Assembly (NCBI GenBank): GCA_020724805.1 | Contig: DYGI01000001.1 | Span: forward strand, 389,152-453,151 | Reading direction: 5' to 3' | Length of the DNA: 64,000 nt | Origin: Candidatus Microgenomatus sp. | Lineage (GTDB): Bacteria > Patescibacteriota > Minisyncoccia > UBA6257 > GWB1-50-10 | Shown here: one piece after another, positions 37,751 to 48,532 of the stretch | How the letters are laid out: every line of letters begins with the position of its first letter | How positions within the stretch are numbered: the first letter of the stretch is position 1 | Notes under the pieces: model-generated | Seen by the model: the letters and a program-made list of their open reading frames with translations, nothing else | Database searches by the model: none | What the model was told of the DNA's origin: nothing | Program-made: the position numbers and the translations under genes

Positions 37751-38701
37751 CTAGTCTCCGAAGATAGCGGTGAACGTGTTCGAACCGGTGTAACTTCCAG
37801 TCGGTTGGCCGCCAGGAACCGCGATACCCCAGTAGGTCGTGCTTGCCGTCTGGCTGGTGGAAGTAGTGGTCCTCCCGACATTGATGTTCCGCGCAGTCGG
37901 CGACGTGGAAAGGGTGTGGGTGAGCGAGGCGTATGCAGCAGAAGACGTACCGTACTTTTGTTGGCTCGCGAGAAGTGTGTCTCCGCCCGATGCCATGTTG
38001 GTACCGGAAAATTCAATATCAATGTTGTAATTTCCGGTGTTCGTTGTGGTTGCTACTTGGTTTGTGGAACCGGTGTCGGTGTTGGCGGGAACCGCTCCAT
38101 AGTTGATACTTGCAGTGACATCCAAAGCGTAGAGCGAGTTCAGTTCTACGGTTGCGGAAGATGTGGCGTTGCCGGTCGCAGCCGATTCATCGGTTGCGAG
38201 GACATAAGCGGCCCACCATTCGCTAGGAAACGTGGAACTCGCATCGGTCGCATCCGCAAAATACCACACCTTGATGGTACCGGATGCCGTTCCCGACGTA
38301 TCCGCACCGCCGGTGCAGGTGCCGCCTGCGTCCGCCATCGTAATGTTCCGATAACAATTCAATGCGTTATTACTGCATGAAGAGGTTCCTGACACGCCGG
38401 TGCGGTAAAGAACCGCGGAGAGAGTGCCGCTCGTAAACACGTCGCCGCAACCGTTCGCGTCGGTGATGTCCGCGGTAATGGTAATGGTGGTAGAGGTATT
38501 CTCGGTAAGTACGATGGGGTTGGGTGTTATTGCAACGTTCGCCACGGTCGGCGCGGCATTCCCTACGTCCACCGCAGTCGAAGCGGCATCGGCAAGAACC
38601 TGGGGTGATTCAAGAACGGCAAGCGAGATGCCAAGAAAAGCCCCCACGATGAGGGACGCTAGAATATAAGACCGCACAACAGAACCGAAGGCACTTTTCA
38701 T
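37751..38701 (-). CDS. secreted Thr/Ser-rich protein, paralog of the C-terminal ~300 aa of the giant protein
   Basis: Shares ...ENTSTTI...LNSLYAL..NTDTG...NTGN..ID... and the C-terminal PxGSYTGSNTF(T/E)AI(F/A)GD with 38761-43698. Confidence 0.5.
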   Translation of the reverse strand: MKSAFGSVVRSYILASLIVGAFLGISLAVLESPQVLADAASTAVDVGNAAPTVANVAITPNPIVLTENTSTTITITADITDANGCGDVFTSGTLSAVLYRTGVSGTSSCSNNALNCYRNITMADAGGTCTGGADTSGTASGTIKVWYFADATDASSTFPSEWWAAYVLATDESAATGNATSSATVELNSLYALDVTASINYGAVPANTDTGSTNQVATTTNTGNYNIDIEFSGTNMASGGDTLLASQQKYGTSSAAYASLTHTLSTSPTARNINVGRTTTSTSQTASTTYWGIAVPGGQPTGSYTGSNTFTAIFGD

Positions 38702-38760
38702 ATGGTTTATATTATCTTAGTTACACTATACCAAACCGATCTTCTCTTCCTTGTGTATAA

Positions 38761-41700
38761 CTAGTCCGCAATGGCCTCGAACGTGTTGCTACCAGTATAA
38801 CTTCCCGGTATCTTCCCGCTCGGTACGAAAAGTCCCCAGAATACATCGTCGGTCACTGGTGTTTCCGAAGTCGGTTTGGCAAGATCTATCTCGAGCCGCG
38901 TGAGCGCGCCCGAAAGTGTGGCGCACACCGTGCAAGAAGAATAAGTGAAGGTGGAGGTCGCATATTTTTGATTGTCTGCGGTGATGGTAAATCCGCCGTT
39001 CGCCATGCTTGTACCGGAAAGATTTACGTCGATGGCGGCATTCCCCGTATTCGTCACGGTAGTAGTTTGCGTAGCCGCACCAGTGTCGGTATTGGGATTG
39101 AGAGATCCATAGCTTATCGCGCCGGTAACGTTCAGCGCATAGAGCGTGTTAAGCTCCACGCCACTCGCGGTCGACGAGGCGCCGGTGTCGCCTATCACAT
39201 CCCCCACCGTCATGTGACCTTGCCAGTTTTGAGCGCTGAAGGAACCTACGTCGGTCGGGTCTGCGAAATACTGGATTTTCGCGGAACACGTAAAGTCGCA
39301 GCTGTTCCCGGAACAGTTTGATTTTGCGCAACTCGTGGACGCTATACGATAGCAACTATTCTGGTCCGCGGTACATGACGCTCCTACGCCCGATCGGTAG
39401 ATAACCGAGGTGGCATACGCGATGTCAGCATTGCCGTCCACGTCGGTTGCGGTGCCGGTGAGATCGATAGTGGTGGAGGTATTCTCGATGAGCGTAATGG
39501 AGCTCCCGCCGTTCAGCGTAATTGCCGAAGCGGTGGGCGCCGCATTGGACGCCTCAACGACCGCGATGGAAGGATACCCACACACCGCGTCAGAACAATC
39601 ATTCGAACCGTCGGCATCTTGCTCGCGGAACACAGGAGTGAGTTGGTCGTTATCGTACGCACGGAAATAGTATGTAAGGCCGGACGTCGCATTTTCTGCT
39701 TTCAAAGGATAGTCATATTCCACGAGCGCGAGTGCGTTGTGATCCATGTTCGCGCCCGCCGCCGCATCTTTGTCGGAAAGATAAGTACCGCTCTGCGTGC
39801 TTCCCGTAAGACGCTGTGCGCCGATTGCAGTATTGTCGCTACAATTCGCACACGTTTCTCCCGCCGTCGCATAACGCCAAATCGCGCCGCTTTCAGCGGT
39901 ATCGCCCACATCGGTCCACGTAGAAGTGGCGATATCAGGATTATCGGTGGTCCACTGGAGTTTTTTTCTAGCGTCGGTCTGAGCGATGCCTGCAAGTTCG
40001 GCGAATTGGAAACGTAATCGCACAAAGTCGTCGAGCGAAACGTTGGGAGTCGCATTCTCCGCCACACCGAGCGCGTCGGACGAGTTATCGGGATCGTTCT
40101 CGGCGATGTCGCCATAAAAGCGCCAATTTCGTGACCACGGCGAATAGGGTTTTGCCACGACCCAAAATGGTCGCCCCTCGCCGACGGTGCCATTTGAAAT
40201 AGTAAGCGGTGCGAGCGCATCTTCGCCCGCCGAGCTGCATCCGGTCGTATCCCACCCGGTAAAGCCCCCACCGCCCCACGCGCCGCCGTTACAGTCCGAG
40301 TCGCTATCGCGACCGGTCGCAAAAATTTCATTCGTATTTGGATGCGGGGTAAGTTGTATTGCGAGCGCATCGTCGCCCATATTTGTGGCGATGTCGGTGA
40401 TTGCGGAAAATCCCGTTCCTTCTATCCAGGTCTGCCACGCACTCGCATCGCTCGCAGAACTCAGCGAGCCAATATAGAAAGCTTGCACGTTGGTATTGAG
40501 CGATTCCATACCTACATTCGCGTGCTGCGCCCACACCGGGTCCGATGATGCCCACTGGTTCCCGATGGTCATGGTTGGTGAAGCGCCGCCGGTCCAGATG
40601 TATGGTTGAATGCGACAGTTGGTGCCGGTTGAACAGTTATTGCCCACCGTCGTCGCGGAGTTGCCAATGATGGCGATATGGTCCTTTCCGCTCACCGGCG
40701 CCGCTTTTGCCGCCATCCAATGACCGATACTTGAGAGCGCAATCGCGGGAAGTGCGGTGCCGGTGGAATCCCAGGAGAGAGTCGAACGCGTCCAGCGCTT
40801 ATAGCGGTAGGGTGTAGTGGTTGCGGTCGTACCTTCTGACCATACGATAAGCGCATTACCGGTAGTTTCTTCCCATGCGCCATCAAAATTTTGCGTCTGA
40901 AAAGTGGAAGCGGTCGCAGTGATTGAGGTGGTTGCCGTCCATGAGGAACCGTTCCAAATACCCGCGAAGATATCGGAGTTTGCATCCGAAGTGATGACGA
41001 GTACTTCGTCCGAGCGGCTCCCTTTCAGCATCTCACCGCGCGGAATGAGGCGGACCCACCGGATGGCGCCGCTCCCGCCAGTGGACATAGTGCTCGGCGC
41101 GGAGCTTGTGGCTGGTGACCAGCTCGTGCCGTCCCATGTGCGATAGGCAAGGCGTCCCGCCGTCGTGCTCGCGAATGCGACTATTGCCTCGCCGGAAAGC
41201 TGCTCGTACGCAATATCGAACGCACCCCAGCACGAACCGAATGTAGTCGCATCACAGGTTTGTGCGGTGGTGACCGCCGCGTTATCAAATTGGAGCGCCG
41301 CATCTCCTGCAGCATCTTGCCCTCCGATTATTTTTGATATTGCAACCGCGCCGTCTGCTTTAATGACACCCGCAATGATCTCGTCCCGGGTCGGCGCATG
41401 TGCGCCTTTTACGAACCCGACCGCGGAAGCGGTTCCTACCGGTCCTAAAAGTTCACCGCCAGTGGTGTTCGAGGCGCCGGTCGCCCACAAAAGGCGCCCT
41501 TGGTTGTTGGTGGCACCATAAAATGTCCGTGCTGAAAGTGATGCGACCGCATCCGCAGCAATCTGCCATCGACGCGTTTCACGAAAATCTCCCACCCGGA
41601 GCGGTCCTAAAAGGTAGAACTGTGGACTTATCTCGGGAGCTAGATAATCGTATGAGAGAGTAACCTTCTCCCCTTCCGCAAGAGTGAGCACCCACCGGAT

Positions 41701-43698
41701 TATGCGTTCGCCGCCACGATCTACCACAACGCCTCCATGCGAAATGTGTTTTACCTGGAACGAGCTTGGCACTCGCTCTTCCACGTCTCCTGAGAACGCT
41801 TCCGTGGCACCCACGGTAATGTGCACCGGATACGGTACGGGAGGATAAATGCGCGTCGCCGATACGCGCGCGACATCGAAAGGCACCGACTCGCGGACTT
41901 CGAAAGAGTCATAGACGGTATGGGCGCCGTTCGCGGTCGTGGCAGTGAGCTTTGTTTTATAGACGCCTGTCTCTTCCACCGCGTATGAAGTCTCATAATC
42001 CGGCTTTTCCGTATAGGCTTTTATGCGGCACTCAGGATTCACCGAAATGTTTCCACCGGAGGTTGTCAGCACTCTCACCTCTCCCGCAGGCGTAGTGATG
42101 CTCAACTCGACATTCGCATCGCAGACCATGTTCCCGCCATCATCCAGAACCGCGATACCTATCAAAGAGGTTTCCCCCGGCAGATAGACGGACTTGTCAG
42201 GGTTCATTGCGAGAACTCCCCACGTGAATTCATTTTCGGTGTAATACACCACTCCATTGCGCCACACCCACACCCGGAGAGAATATTTCCCAGGCACAAA
42301 CTGGTCGGAAGGTTGGGGCACGTTCACGCGCAATCGATTGTTCGCAAGTAAAACTTGTGGACGTATGTCAGCTTCCTCGTCTCCGCGACTGAACACTTTT
42401 GCCACTACGGGATTCGCCGCCGTAGGGAGCGGCGGCGTTTCCGTTTCGGTTTCCTGCGCGTGAACGAATTTTCCGATACCAAGCCAACGCATGATACGGG
42501 TAGCAAGGGAAACTTGAGGGGGAGGCGGACGGAAAGAGGATGGAGAAATTTCGTTTTCTTGAACGGGGGTGAGCGCGTCAAGGTCCAGTTCAAAACTTGG
42601 CGCTTCATCCGCGGTGAACGAGGGAACCTCTCCTTCTCTTAGTATCACGTCGATTGCGGCGGCTGGAACCACAGGAGTTGCGCTCTCCGATGCCGACACT
42701 GGATTCTCCGTTTGGTTTGCATCGCTCGTAATGAGGGGAGGTATTTCGTAATGAACCTCGAGAAGCATTCCGTCCAAAAGCACCTTGGGAAGCATAGGAA
42801 GTGCCGCAGAGATTCCCTCGATGCCAATCTGAACGCGGGCGAGGTCCTCCCACGCGGTGAGAGGCAACGGAACGGTAAGGTGCGGGACCATTTCTTCGGA
42901 AACGTCTGCGAGTGCGAACCAATTAGTGCCGTCTAAGCTATAACTCACACGTAAAAATGCCGGTGAAGGTGGAGGAAGCGAAGCGGTAATCTCTTCGGAA
43001 AGAACACTTTCCTCAGTTGATGAAGAAACGGCATTTTCCTGGGTGATGGGCGTTGTTGTTTCTTCTGCGACGGTCGAAGTGGGAGCATCAGAGGAGATGG
43101 GTGATTCCGGTTCGACCGCGATTGGCTCAGGTTCCGCAACTGTCGGTGCCGACTCAGGTTTGGGAGAAACTTCTTCTTGCGCATACACTATGTCAAAAAT
43201 GGGAAAACGAAATGCTCCACTCGATGTGGATGAAGCAACTTCGTTCTCCGAGGTTGTCGCCTCTTCCATGAGCGGCACCTCGGAAAGTGCGGCTTCAGTG
43301 CTCCATACGAGCGTAAGCCCCACATTTGTGATGGCTCCCTCCCCTTTAAATTCCTCCGGAATGAAATTTCCACAGAATATCTGGCTTGTGGCACCGGTGA
43401 ACGTCGCGGAGACATTAGTGGTGAGTGGTACGTCCGTACCGAAGGTCTCGGGAATTCCCTGCGCGAACGAAGGATTATCCCACGTGCCAAGACATGTCGT
43501 TGCATAAAAATCGGAGATTTCCGCGCGAGTAAAGAGAGTTTGCGTGCCAAAAGTGATAAGAATTACCAACACAACACCAACGCCCGCAATAAACGGGAAC
43601 CGTCGATGGACCGGGGGTCGCAGGTTCACCACTTCATGTTTTCCACGATGAACCTCAACGACACCTCTCCGCCCCGCATTTCGCCATGAGGTGTGCAT
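38761..43698 (-). CDS. giant (1645 aa) N-anchored extracellular protein
   Basis: Single N-terminal TM, Glu/Pro/Thr-rich linker, multiple beta-rich domains, C-terminal module shared with 37751-38701. Confidence 0.6.
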   Translation of the reverse strand: MHTSWRNAGRRGVVEVHRGKHEVVNLRPPVHRRFPFIAGVGVVLVILITFGTQTLFTRAEISDFYATTCLGTWDNPSFAQGIPETFGTDVPLTTNVSATFTGATSQIFCGNFIPEEFKGEGAITNVGLTLVWSTEAALSEVPLMEEATTSENEVASSTSSGAFRFPIFDIVYAQEEVSPKPESAPTVAEPEPIAVEPESPISSDAPTSTVAEETTTPITQENAVSSSTEESVLSEEITASLPPPSPAFLRVSYSLDGTNWFALADVSEEMVPHLTVPLPLTAWEDLARVQIGIEGISAALPMLPKVLLDGMLLEVHYEIPPLITSDANQTENPVSASESATPVVPAAAIDVILREGEVPSFTADEAPSFELDLDALTPVQENEISPSSFRPPPPQVSLATRIMRWLGIGKFVHAQETETETPPLPTAANPVVAKVFSRGDEEADIRPQVLLANNRLRVNVPQPSDQFVPGKYSLRVWVWRNGVVYYTENEFTWGVLAMNPDKSVYLPGETSLIGIAVLDDGGNMVCDANVELSITTPAGEVRVLTTSGGNISVNPECRIKAYTEKPDYETSYAVEETGVYKTKLTATTANGAHTVYDSFEVRESVPFDVARVSATRIYPPVPYPVHITVGATEAFSGDVEERVPSSFQVKHISHGGVVVDRGGERIIRWVLTLAEGEKVTLSYDYLAPEISPQFYLLGPLRVGDFRETRRWQIAADAVASLSARTFYGATNNQGRLLWATGASNTTGGELLGPVGTASAVGFVKGAHAPTRDEIIAGVIKADGAVAISKIIGGQDAAGDAALQFDNAAVTTAQTCDATTFGSCWGAFDIAYEQLSGEAIVAFASTTAGRLAYRTWDGTSWSPATSSAPSTMSTGGSGAIRWVRLIPRGEMLKGSRSDEVLVITSDANSDIFAGIWNGSSWTATTSITATASTFQTQNFDGAWEETTGNALIVWSEGTTATTTPYRYKRWTRSTLSWDSTGTALPAIALSSIGHWMAAKAAPVSGKDHIAIIGNSATTVGNNCSTGTNCRIQPYIWTGGASPTMTIGNQWASSDPVWAQHANVGMESLNTNVQAFYIGSLSSASDASAWQTWIEGTGFSAITDIATNMGDDALAIQLTPHPNTNEIFATGRDSDSDCNGGAWGGGGFTGWDTTGCSSAGEDALAPLTISNGTVGEGRPFWVVAKPYSPWSRNWRFYGDIAENDPDNSSDALGVAENATPNVSLDDFVRLRFQFAELAGIAQTDARKKLQWTTDNPDIATSTWTDVGDTAESGAIWRYATAGETCANCSDNTAIGAQRLTGSTQSGTYLSDKDAAAGANMDHNALALVEYDYPLKAENATSGLTYYFRAYDNDQLTPVFREQDADGSNDCSDAVCGYPSIAVVEASNAAPTASAITLNGGSSITLIENTSTTIDLTGTATDVDGNADIAYATSVIYRSGVGASCTADQNSCYRIASTSCAKSNCSGNSCDFTCSAKIQYFADPTDVGSFSAQNWQGHMTVGDVIGDTGASSTASGVELNTLYALNVTGAISYGSLNPNTDTGAATQTTTVTNTGNAAIDVNLSGTSMANGGFTITADNQKYATSTFTYSSCTVCATLSGALTRLEIDLAKPTSETPVTDDVFWGLFVPSGKIPGSYTGSNTFEAIAD

Positions 43699-43762
43699 TC
43701 AAACATAATTCTAACACTTCATTGTGCCTCGCGTGACCGTAAGACTGGGGAAAACTGTCTCG

Positions 43763-44710
43763 TTATTGGGAAGAGATGTACTGATACGCTTTCTCTGCCA
43801 CTAAATGCATGAATTCTTTTACTTTTTCTTCTTCACCTTCGGTTCCCTCTCCCCCCACGGCTACCGATATGAGAAAAGGGCGCCCTTCCACATAAACAAT
43901 CCCGGAATCGAGGTAGGCGTGACGCTCGCGATCGATACCGAACTTGTGCGGAAAAGGAACCTCACGAGGAATTCCTCCCGCAAGAAATTCTCGGTAATTC
44001 GCCGCCGCGAGCATGGAAAGAATAAGCTCGGAGTTCTCACGCTTCAAAAAACTTGAAGTGTAGAGAGATCGAAAGAGCCGTGAATATTCTTTCGCACTTA
44101 CGAGTCCGTCGATGGTGAAAAGCTCATCGAGGCCAAGCTCTCCAATGACCGCCTCCAACTCTCGGCTATCGATTCGGCGAAGAAAAGCGCGGTAGGCGGT
44201 ATTATCGGAATCCTTGAGCATGGCCTTTAAAAGCTCTTCTACGGTAAAAACCGTTCCCGCCGGCACGCCGGCGAGTCTTCCATAACGCGAATCGCGGTCA
44301 TCTTCTTGGATCGAGAATTTATCGGTGAGTTCCCATTCTCCCCGCTCGATCTTTTTCGCTACCGCAAGCGCCATCGGCACCTTCGGGAGAGATGCGGGCC
44401 AGACGCGGACGTCTTGGTTAATAGAAATGTTTGCACCGCTGTTCAGAAATTCAAAGTAGAGAGAAACCTGGCGAGGGTGTTCCCACCGCACGAGATCTCG
44501 CAGTTCTTCGCGTAATGGCTGGAGGTTCACAATAAAGTTCTCTTGCGCGATGAAGTTGCGGGCCGGGTCAATGAGCGGGTATTCTTCGAGCGCATCATTA
44601 ATGGAAAGAGAACTAGTCGCCCATCCTATTGCGACGCCCGCGAACGCCAACCCTAAGAACAAAGTTGCCACCTTCCAACGATTTATGGATAGGAATGACA
44701 TAATATCCAA
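43763..44710 (-). CDS. class A beta-lactamase-related serine hydrolase
   Basis: N-terminal TM/signal, SDN loop (KDSDNTA), candidate SxxK (SLPK); the KTG box is degenerate (KFG). Confidence 0.45.
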   Translation of the reverse strand: MDIMSFLSINRWKVATLFLGLAFAGVAIGWATSSLSINDALEEYPLIDPARNFIAQENFIVNLQPLREELRDLVRWEHPRQVSLYFEFLNSGANISINQDVRVWPASLPKVPMALAVAKKIERGEWELTDKFSIQEDDRDSRYGRLAGVPAGTVFTVEELLKAMLKDSDNTAYRAFLRRIDSRELEAVIGELGLDELFTIDGLVSAKEYSRLFRSLYTSSFLKRENSELILSMLAAANYREFLAGGIPREVPFPHKFGIDRERHAYLDSGIVYVEGRPFLISVAVGGEGTEGEEEKVKEFMHLVAEKAYQYISSQ

Positions 44711-44880
44711 ATCTTATACGCCCATTCGTTCGGCTTCAATAATAATGGGCGTCGGCGAATCGTTGCATCCGAGAAAATAGCCGAGCGCAAAGCTTGCGGC
44801 AATTGCGAGGACAATAAGCGCGGCGAGAAGAGGTTTTTCCATTGACATACGATAGATTATACCTTACTATTTCCACCAAT

Positions 44881-45153
44881 ATGGCACATACCAAAGCCAA
44901 AGGCTCAACAAAACTCGGCCGCGAATCGGAATCGAAGCGGCTCGGCGTCAAGCGCTTCGCCGGAGCGACGGTGCGCGCGGGCGAGGTGCTGGTTCGTCAG
45001 CGCGGGACCAAATTCTTCGCGGGCGTGAACGTCCGACAGGGAAGCGACGATACTCTCTACGCAAAAAAGGCGGGCGTCGTAAAGTTCAGCACGAAAAAGC
45101 GCCCCCACTTTGACGGCACGAAAAAAGTGATGCGTGTGGTAAGCATAACGTAA
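44881..45153 (+). CDS. rpmA: 50S ribosomal protein L27
   Basis: [24 protein letters not shown]... L27 signature; short C-terminal extension. Confidence 0.9.
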   Translation: MAHTKAKGSTKLGRESESKRLGVKRFAGATVRAGEVLVRQRGTKFFAGVNVRQGSDDTLYAKKAGVVKFSTKKRPHFDGTKKVMRVVSIT

Positions 45154-45161
45154 GCGCTCGG

Positions 45162-45605
45162 CTATTTTTTCTCCGGAACGACGGTCACGGTGACCGTCGT
45201 TTTTGTTCCCTCGCCAAGATCAAGCGGGACGCGATGCTCTCCAAGTGTGCGAATTGATTTCGGCAGTTCAGCCTTGATACCGAGATATCCGCGCTTCGCG
45301 AGCGAGGCATCGATATCCTTTGCGGTGACAGACCCGAAAACCTCTCCGGCATCGCCCGCTTTCACCGGAAAAGAAAATGTGAGCATCGCAAGTTCCTCGA
45401 CCCACCTCTCCGCCTTCCGCCGGCGTGCAGCACGTTCCGCATCCCGCGCGTCGTCACGGGCCTTCTTTTCCGCAATAACATCGTCGGTTGCCGCTTCCGC
45501 AAGTCCCCGGGGAATAAGAAAATTGCGCGCGTATCCTTCACGCACTTCCTTTACGTCGCCCTTACGGCCGGTTCCGCGCACGTCCGTAAGCAGGAGCACT
45601 TTCAT
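45162..45605 (-). CDS. rplI: 50S ribosomal protein L9
   Basis: [21 protein letters not shown]...NFLIPRGLA signature. Confidence 0.9.
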   Translation of the reverse strand: MKVLLLTDVRGTGRKGDVKEVREGYARNFLIPRGLAEAATDDVIAEKKARDDARDAERAARRRKAERWVEELAMLTFSFPVKAGDAGEVFGSVTAKDIDASLAKRGYLGIKAELPKSIRTLGEHRVPLDLGEGTKTTVTVTVVPEKK

Positions 45606-46807
45606 TGTCCTGGGGTGTGCCCTACCGCTTTCCAAATGATCTCAAGCGCTTTTTCTAATTCCGGGTCCTCCCCTTCTTTGTCGCTTTCTTTCACCTCAAA
45701 ATCCGGTTTCAATCCTTCTCCTTCAATCTTGGTGCCGGCAGGGGTAATCCATTCCGCAATGGTCACTTTCACGGTTGCGCCATCGCGAAGATTTTCAATT
45801 TCCTGAACGCTTCCTTTCCCGAAGGTTGTCTGCCCTACCAGCATCGCGCCGCGATTATCACGGAGCGCACCCGCAATGATCTCGGAGGCGGATGCGGAAC
45901 CCTCGTTCACAATGACCACCACCGGCAATTTGGCGAGCGCCGCATTCCCGGAAGCGAGGAGTGGCTGTTCGTCGCCCCCGCGGAACCTTTCTTTCACCAC
46001 CACCTTCCCGCGCTCGAGAAACCATCCCGCGAGATGTGTCGCCACATCCAAAAACCCTCCCGGGTTGTTTCGAAGATCGAACACAATGCCTTTCGCGCCC
46101 TGGGTAAGCGCCGAGAAACCCATTTCATAAAAAAGTGCGGGCGCGTTCGCGTTGAAGTTGTAGAGATGCGCGTACATCACTTTCCCCTCCTTCATTTCAT
46201 AATCAAGGGTGGGTACTACAATGATGCGCCGAGTGATGACAAATTCTTTCGCCTCTTCAAAACCTTCGCGGAAAATAAGGAGCGTCACATCGGTGCCCGG
46301 CTCGCCACGGATGATCTTCACCGCTTCCTCCACCTGCATTCGCGCGGTCACCGTATCATCCACCTTCAAAATTTTATCGCCCGCCTTGAGTCCCACTTCC
46401 TCCGCGGGATTCCCTTTCAATGGCGCGACCACCAATAATTCTCCGTTCCGGTTCCCTATTTCCGCACCGATGCCACCAAACGCCCCTTCGAGGTCTTCTT
46501 CAAACTTCTTCGCGTCGCTGGGACTGAAAAACGTGGTGTAAGGGTCCTCAAGTGTAGCCAAGGCGCCGCGCACCGCGCCGTAAACCAATTCCTGGTCGTC
46601 GAATTCTTCGGGGTCCACATATTTGTCCTTGACCGCTTGCACGGATTCCCAAAAAAGCGAAAAATCGGCGTCCACCACGTCGCGGCTATCCGTGATTTGG
46701 ATAACTTTCGCGTCGCGCGCGTATTCCATGCCGCCATAGAACGCCGCGCCCGCAATGACGAGCGCGCCCATGAGCGCCCCTACGAGTTTTTTATTTGAGG
46801 TCATCAT
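45602..46807 (-). CDS. ctpA: carboxyl-terminal processing protease (S41)
   Basis: N-terminal TM, PDZ domain, S41 catalytic block [11 protein letters not shown]. Confidence 0.85.
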   Translation of the reverse strand: MMTSNKKLVGALMGALVIAGAAFYGGMEYARDAKVIQITDSRDVVDADFSLFWESVQAVKDKYVDPEEFDDQELVYGAVRGALATLEDPYTTFFSPSDAKKFEEDLEGAFGGIGAEIGNRNGELLVVAPLKGNPAEEVGLKAGDKILKVDDTVTARMQVEEAVKIIRGEPGTDVTLLIFREGFEEAKEFVITRRIIVVPTLDYEMKEGKVMYAHLYNFNANAPALFYEMGFSALTQGAKGIVFDLRNNPGGFLDVATHLAGWFLERGKVVVKERFRGGDEQPLLASGNAALAKLPVVVIVNEGSASASEIIAGALRDNRGAMLVGQTTFGKGSVQEIENLRDGATVKVTIAEWITPAGTKIEGEGLKPDFEVKESDKEGEDPELEKALEIIWKAVGHTPGQ

Positions 46808-46825
46808 AATTCAACGTCTCTCTAT

Positions 46826-47323
46826 TCAAGCAGATTCGCCCGCTTTATGCACGTGCGTGGTCCGATCGGTGAACACCTTTCCGTCCAGATGGTCCACTTC
46901 GTGCTGAAATACTCGCGCCAAAAACCCCCAAGCGTTTATCTTTATCTTTTTACCGCGGAGATCGTACCCCACAAGTGTCACCCTCGCGCTCCGTTCCACG
47001 AGTCCATAAAGTTCGGGGACTGAGAGGCACCCTTCCTCCATCACAGCGTTCTCGGCGCTCTTTTTTATGAGTTCAGGATTCGCGATTGCATAGAATTTCA
47101 GCCGACCTTCGGCGTCCGGCACCTGCGCCACGAAAAAACGTTTTTCGATGCCTATTTGGTTCGCGGAAAGTCCTACACCATTAGCTTTTTTCATCGTGAC
47201 CCGCATTTCTTTTGCGAGCACTTTGAGACCTTTCAGCTCCTCTTTGGTAAGCGCGAGGGGGGGCAGCTTCCGCCGAAGCACTTTTTCTTCCTTTTTGTTT
47301 TTTATGAGATAGATTGGATTCAT
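46826..47323 (-). CDS. def: peptide deformylase
   Basis: GVGLSANQIG, EGCLSVP, HEVDHLDG motifs. Confidence 0.9.
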   Translation of the reverse strand: MNPIYLIKNKKEEKVLRRKLPPLALTKEELKGLKVLAKEMRVTMKKANGVGLSANQIGIEKRFFVAQVPDAEGRLKFYAIANPELIKKSAENAVMEEGCLSVPELYGLVERSARVTLVGYDLRGKKIKINAWGFLARVFQHEVDHLDGKVFTDRTTHVHKAGESA

Positions 47324-47532
47324 GTTTTTTTTGCTCTCTTTCTCCGAAGCGGAAGTTTTCTTTGGACATGTTTCGGGCTCGAAACGCGCCGCAGCGTTGC
47401 CTTGGTCTGCTGAAACCTCCTCATGAAATATGCGCCATAATTTGCGACATTCTTCCGCTCGGCGACATCCTTTGCAAGGGAGATAAGCGCACCGTTATCG
47501 TATTCCCGCGCCAATCTCAAGTAGAGGTGTTT

Positions 47533-47546
47533 ATGACCGCGGTCAT
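47533..47546. promoter_or_regulatory. perfect 14-bp palindrome ATGACCGCGGTCAT in divergent def/fmt intergenic region (candidate operator)
   Basis: Seen directly; lies between divergently oriented def and fmt. Confidence 0.3.
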
Positions 47547-47698
47547 GGAGTATATCGGCAAGCAAAAGCCCGGTCGCTTGCGAACTTCGTGAAATTGGTT
47601 TCGAACGGGCGCGTCTTTCCCGTAATGTTGCGAGGTATCCCTCCCCGAATCGGTCGCCCATGGTGACAGTATACGGGAGGAAGTATAAGGTATAAAGC

Positions 47699-48532
47699 AT
47701 GAAGTTTGCGTTCTTCGGCACACCGCAATTTGCGGCCGTCATACTCGAAAAACTCATTGCGAAGGGATTTATTCCCGACACGGTGATTACCAACCCGGAT
47801 CGTCCGGTGGGACGCCGGAAAATGGTTACTCCACCTCCGGTAAAACAGGTACTCATGGAGCAGGACGAGAGTATCCGCGAGCGAATTCTCCTCTTTCAGC
47901 CCGAACACAAGAAGAAACTTCCGCTCATTCCCGGCGGACCTTACGATTTTTTCGTCGTCGCGGCCTATGGTCTCATACTCCCGAAGGAATTGCTCTCGCT
48001 CCCCCGCCTCGGCACCATTGGTGTCCACCCATCGCTTCTCCCGCGTCACCGTGGCGCATCTCCCATTCAAACAACCATTCTTGAGGGAGACCGAGAAACT
48101 GGCGTGTCGCTTTTCCTTGTGGATGAGGGGGTAGACCACGGCCCGGTCATCGCGAGCGAAATATTGGACGGGTACGATATTACCTCGATGAGCTATCGCG
48201 AACTTCACGACGTTTTGGCAGAGCTTGGCGGCAACTTGCTCGTTCGCACGCTTCCTGACTTCATTGAAGGAAAATTGGAGTCTAAACCGCAGAGTGAGGC
48301 ACACGCCACGCTTACTAAAAAATTCACCGCGGACGATGCGCGCGTAGACCTTGAAAAGGACGCGCCGGAAGAAGTGTGGCGTAAGGTGCGTGCGCTTACC
48401 CCCGAACCTGGTGTGTGGACCCTGAAAGACGGAAAACGGATGAAAATTTTAGAGGCCGACTACCGCGACGGAAAATTGTTTCTCCGCCGCACACAAGTTG
48501 AAGGCGAACTCCCTAAAGAAGTTAAGGGTTAA
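47699..48532 (+). CDS. fmt: methionyl-tRNA formyltransferase
   Basis: N-terminal MKFAFFGTPQFA, formyltransferase core HPSLLPRHRGASPI, C-terminal domain. Confidence 0.9.
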   Translation: MKFAFFGTPQFAAVILEKLIAKGFIPDTVITNPDRPVGRRKMVTPPPVKQVLMEQDESIRERILLFQPEHKKKLPLIPGGPYDFFVVAAYGLILPKELLSLPRLGTIGVHPSLLPRHRGASPIQTTILEGDRETGVSLFLVDEGVDHGPVIASEILDGYDITSMSYRELHDVLAELGGNLLVRTLPDFIEGKLESKPQSEAHATLTKKFTADDARVDLEKDAPEEVWRKVRALTPEPGVWTLKDGKRMKILEADYRDGKLFLRRTQVEGELPKEVKG

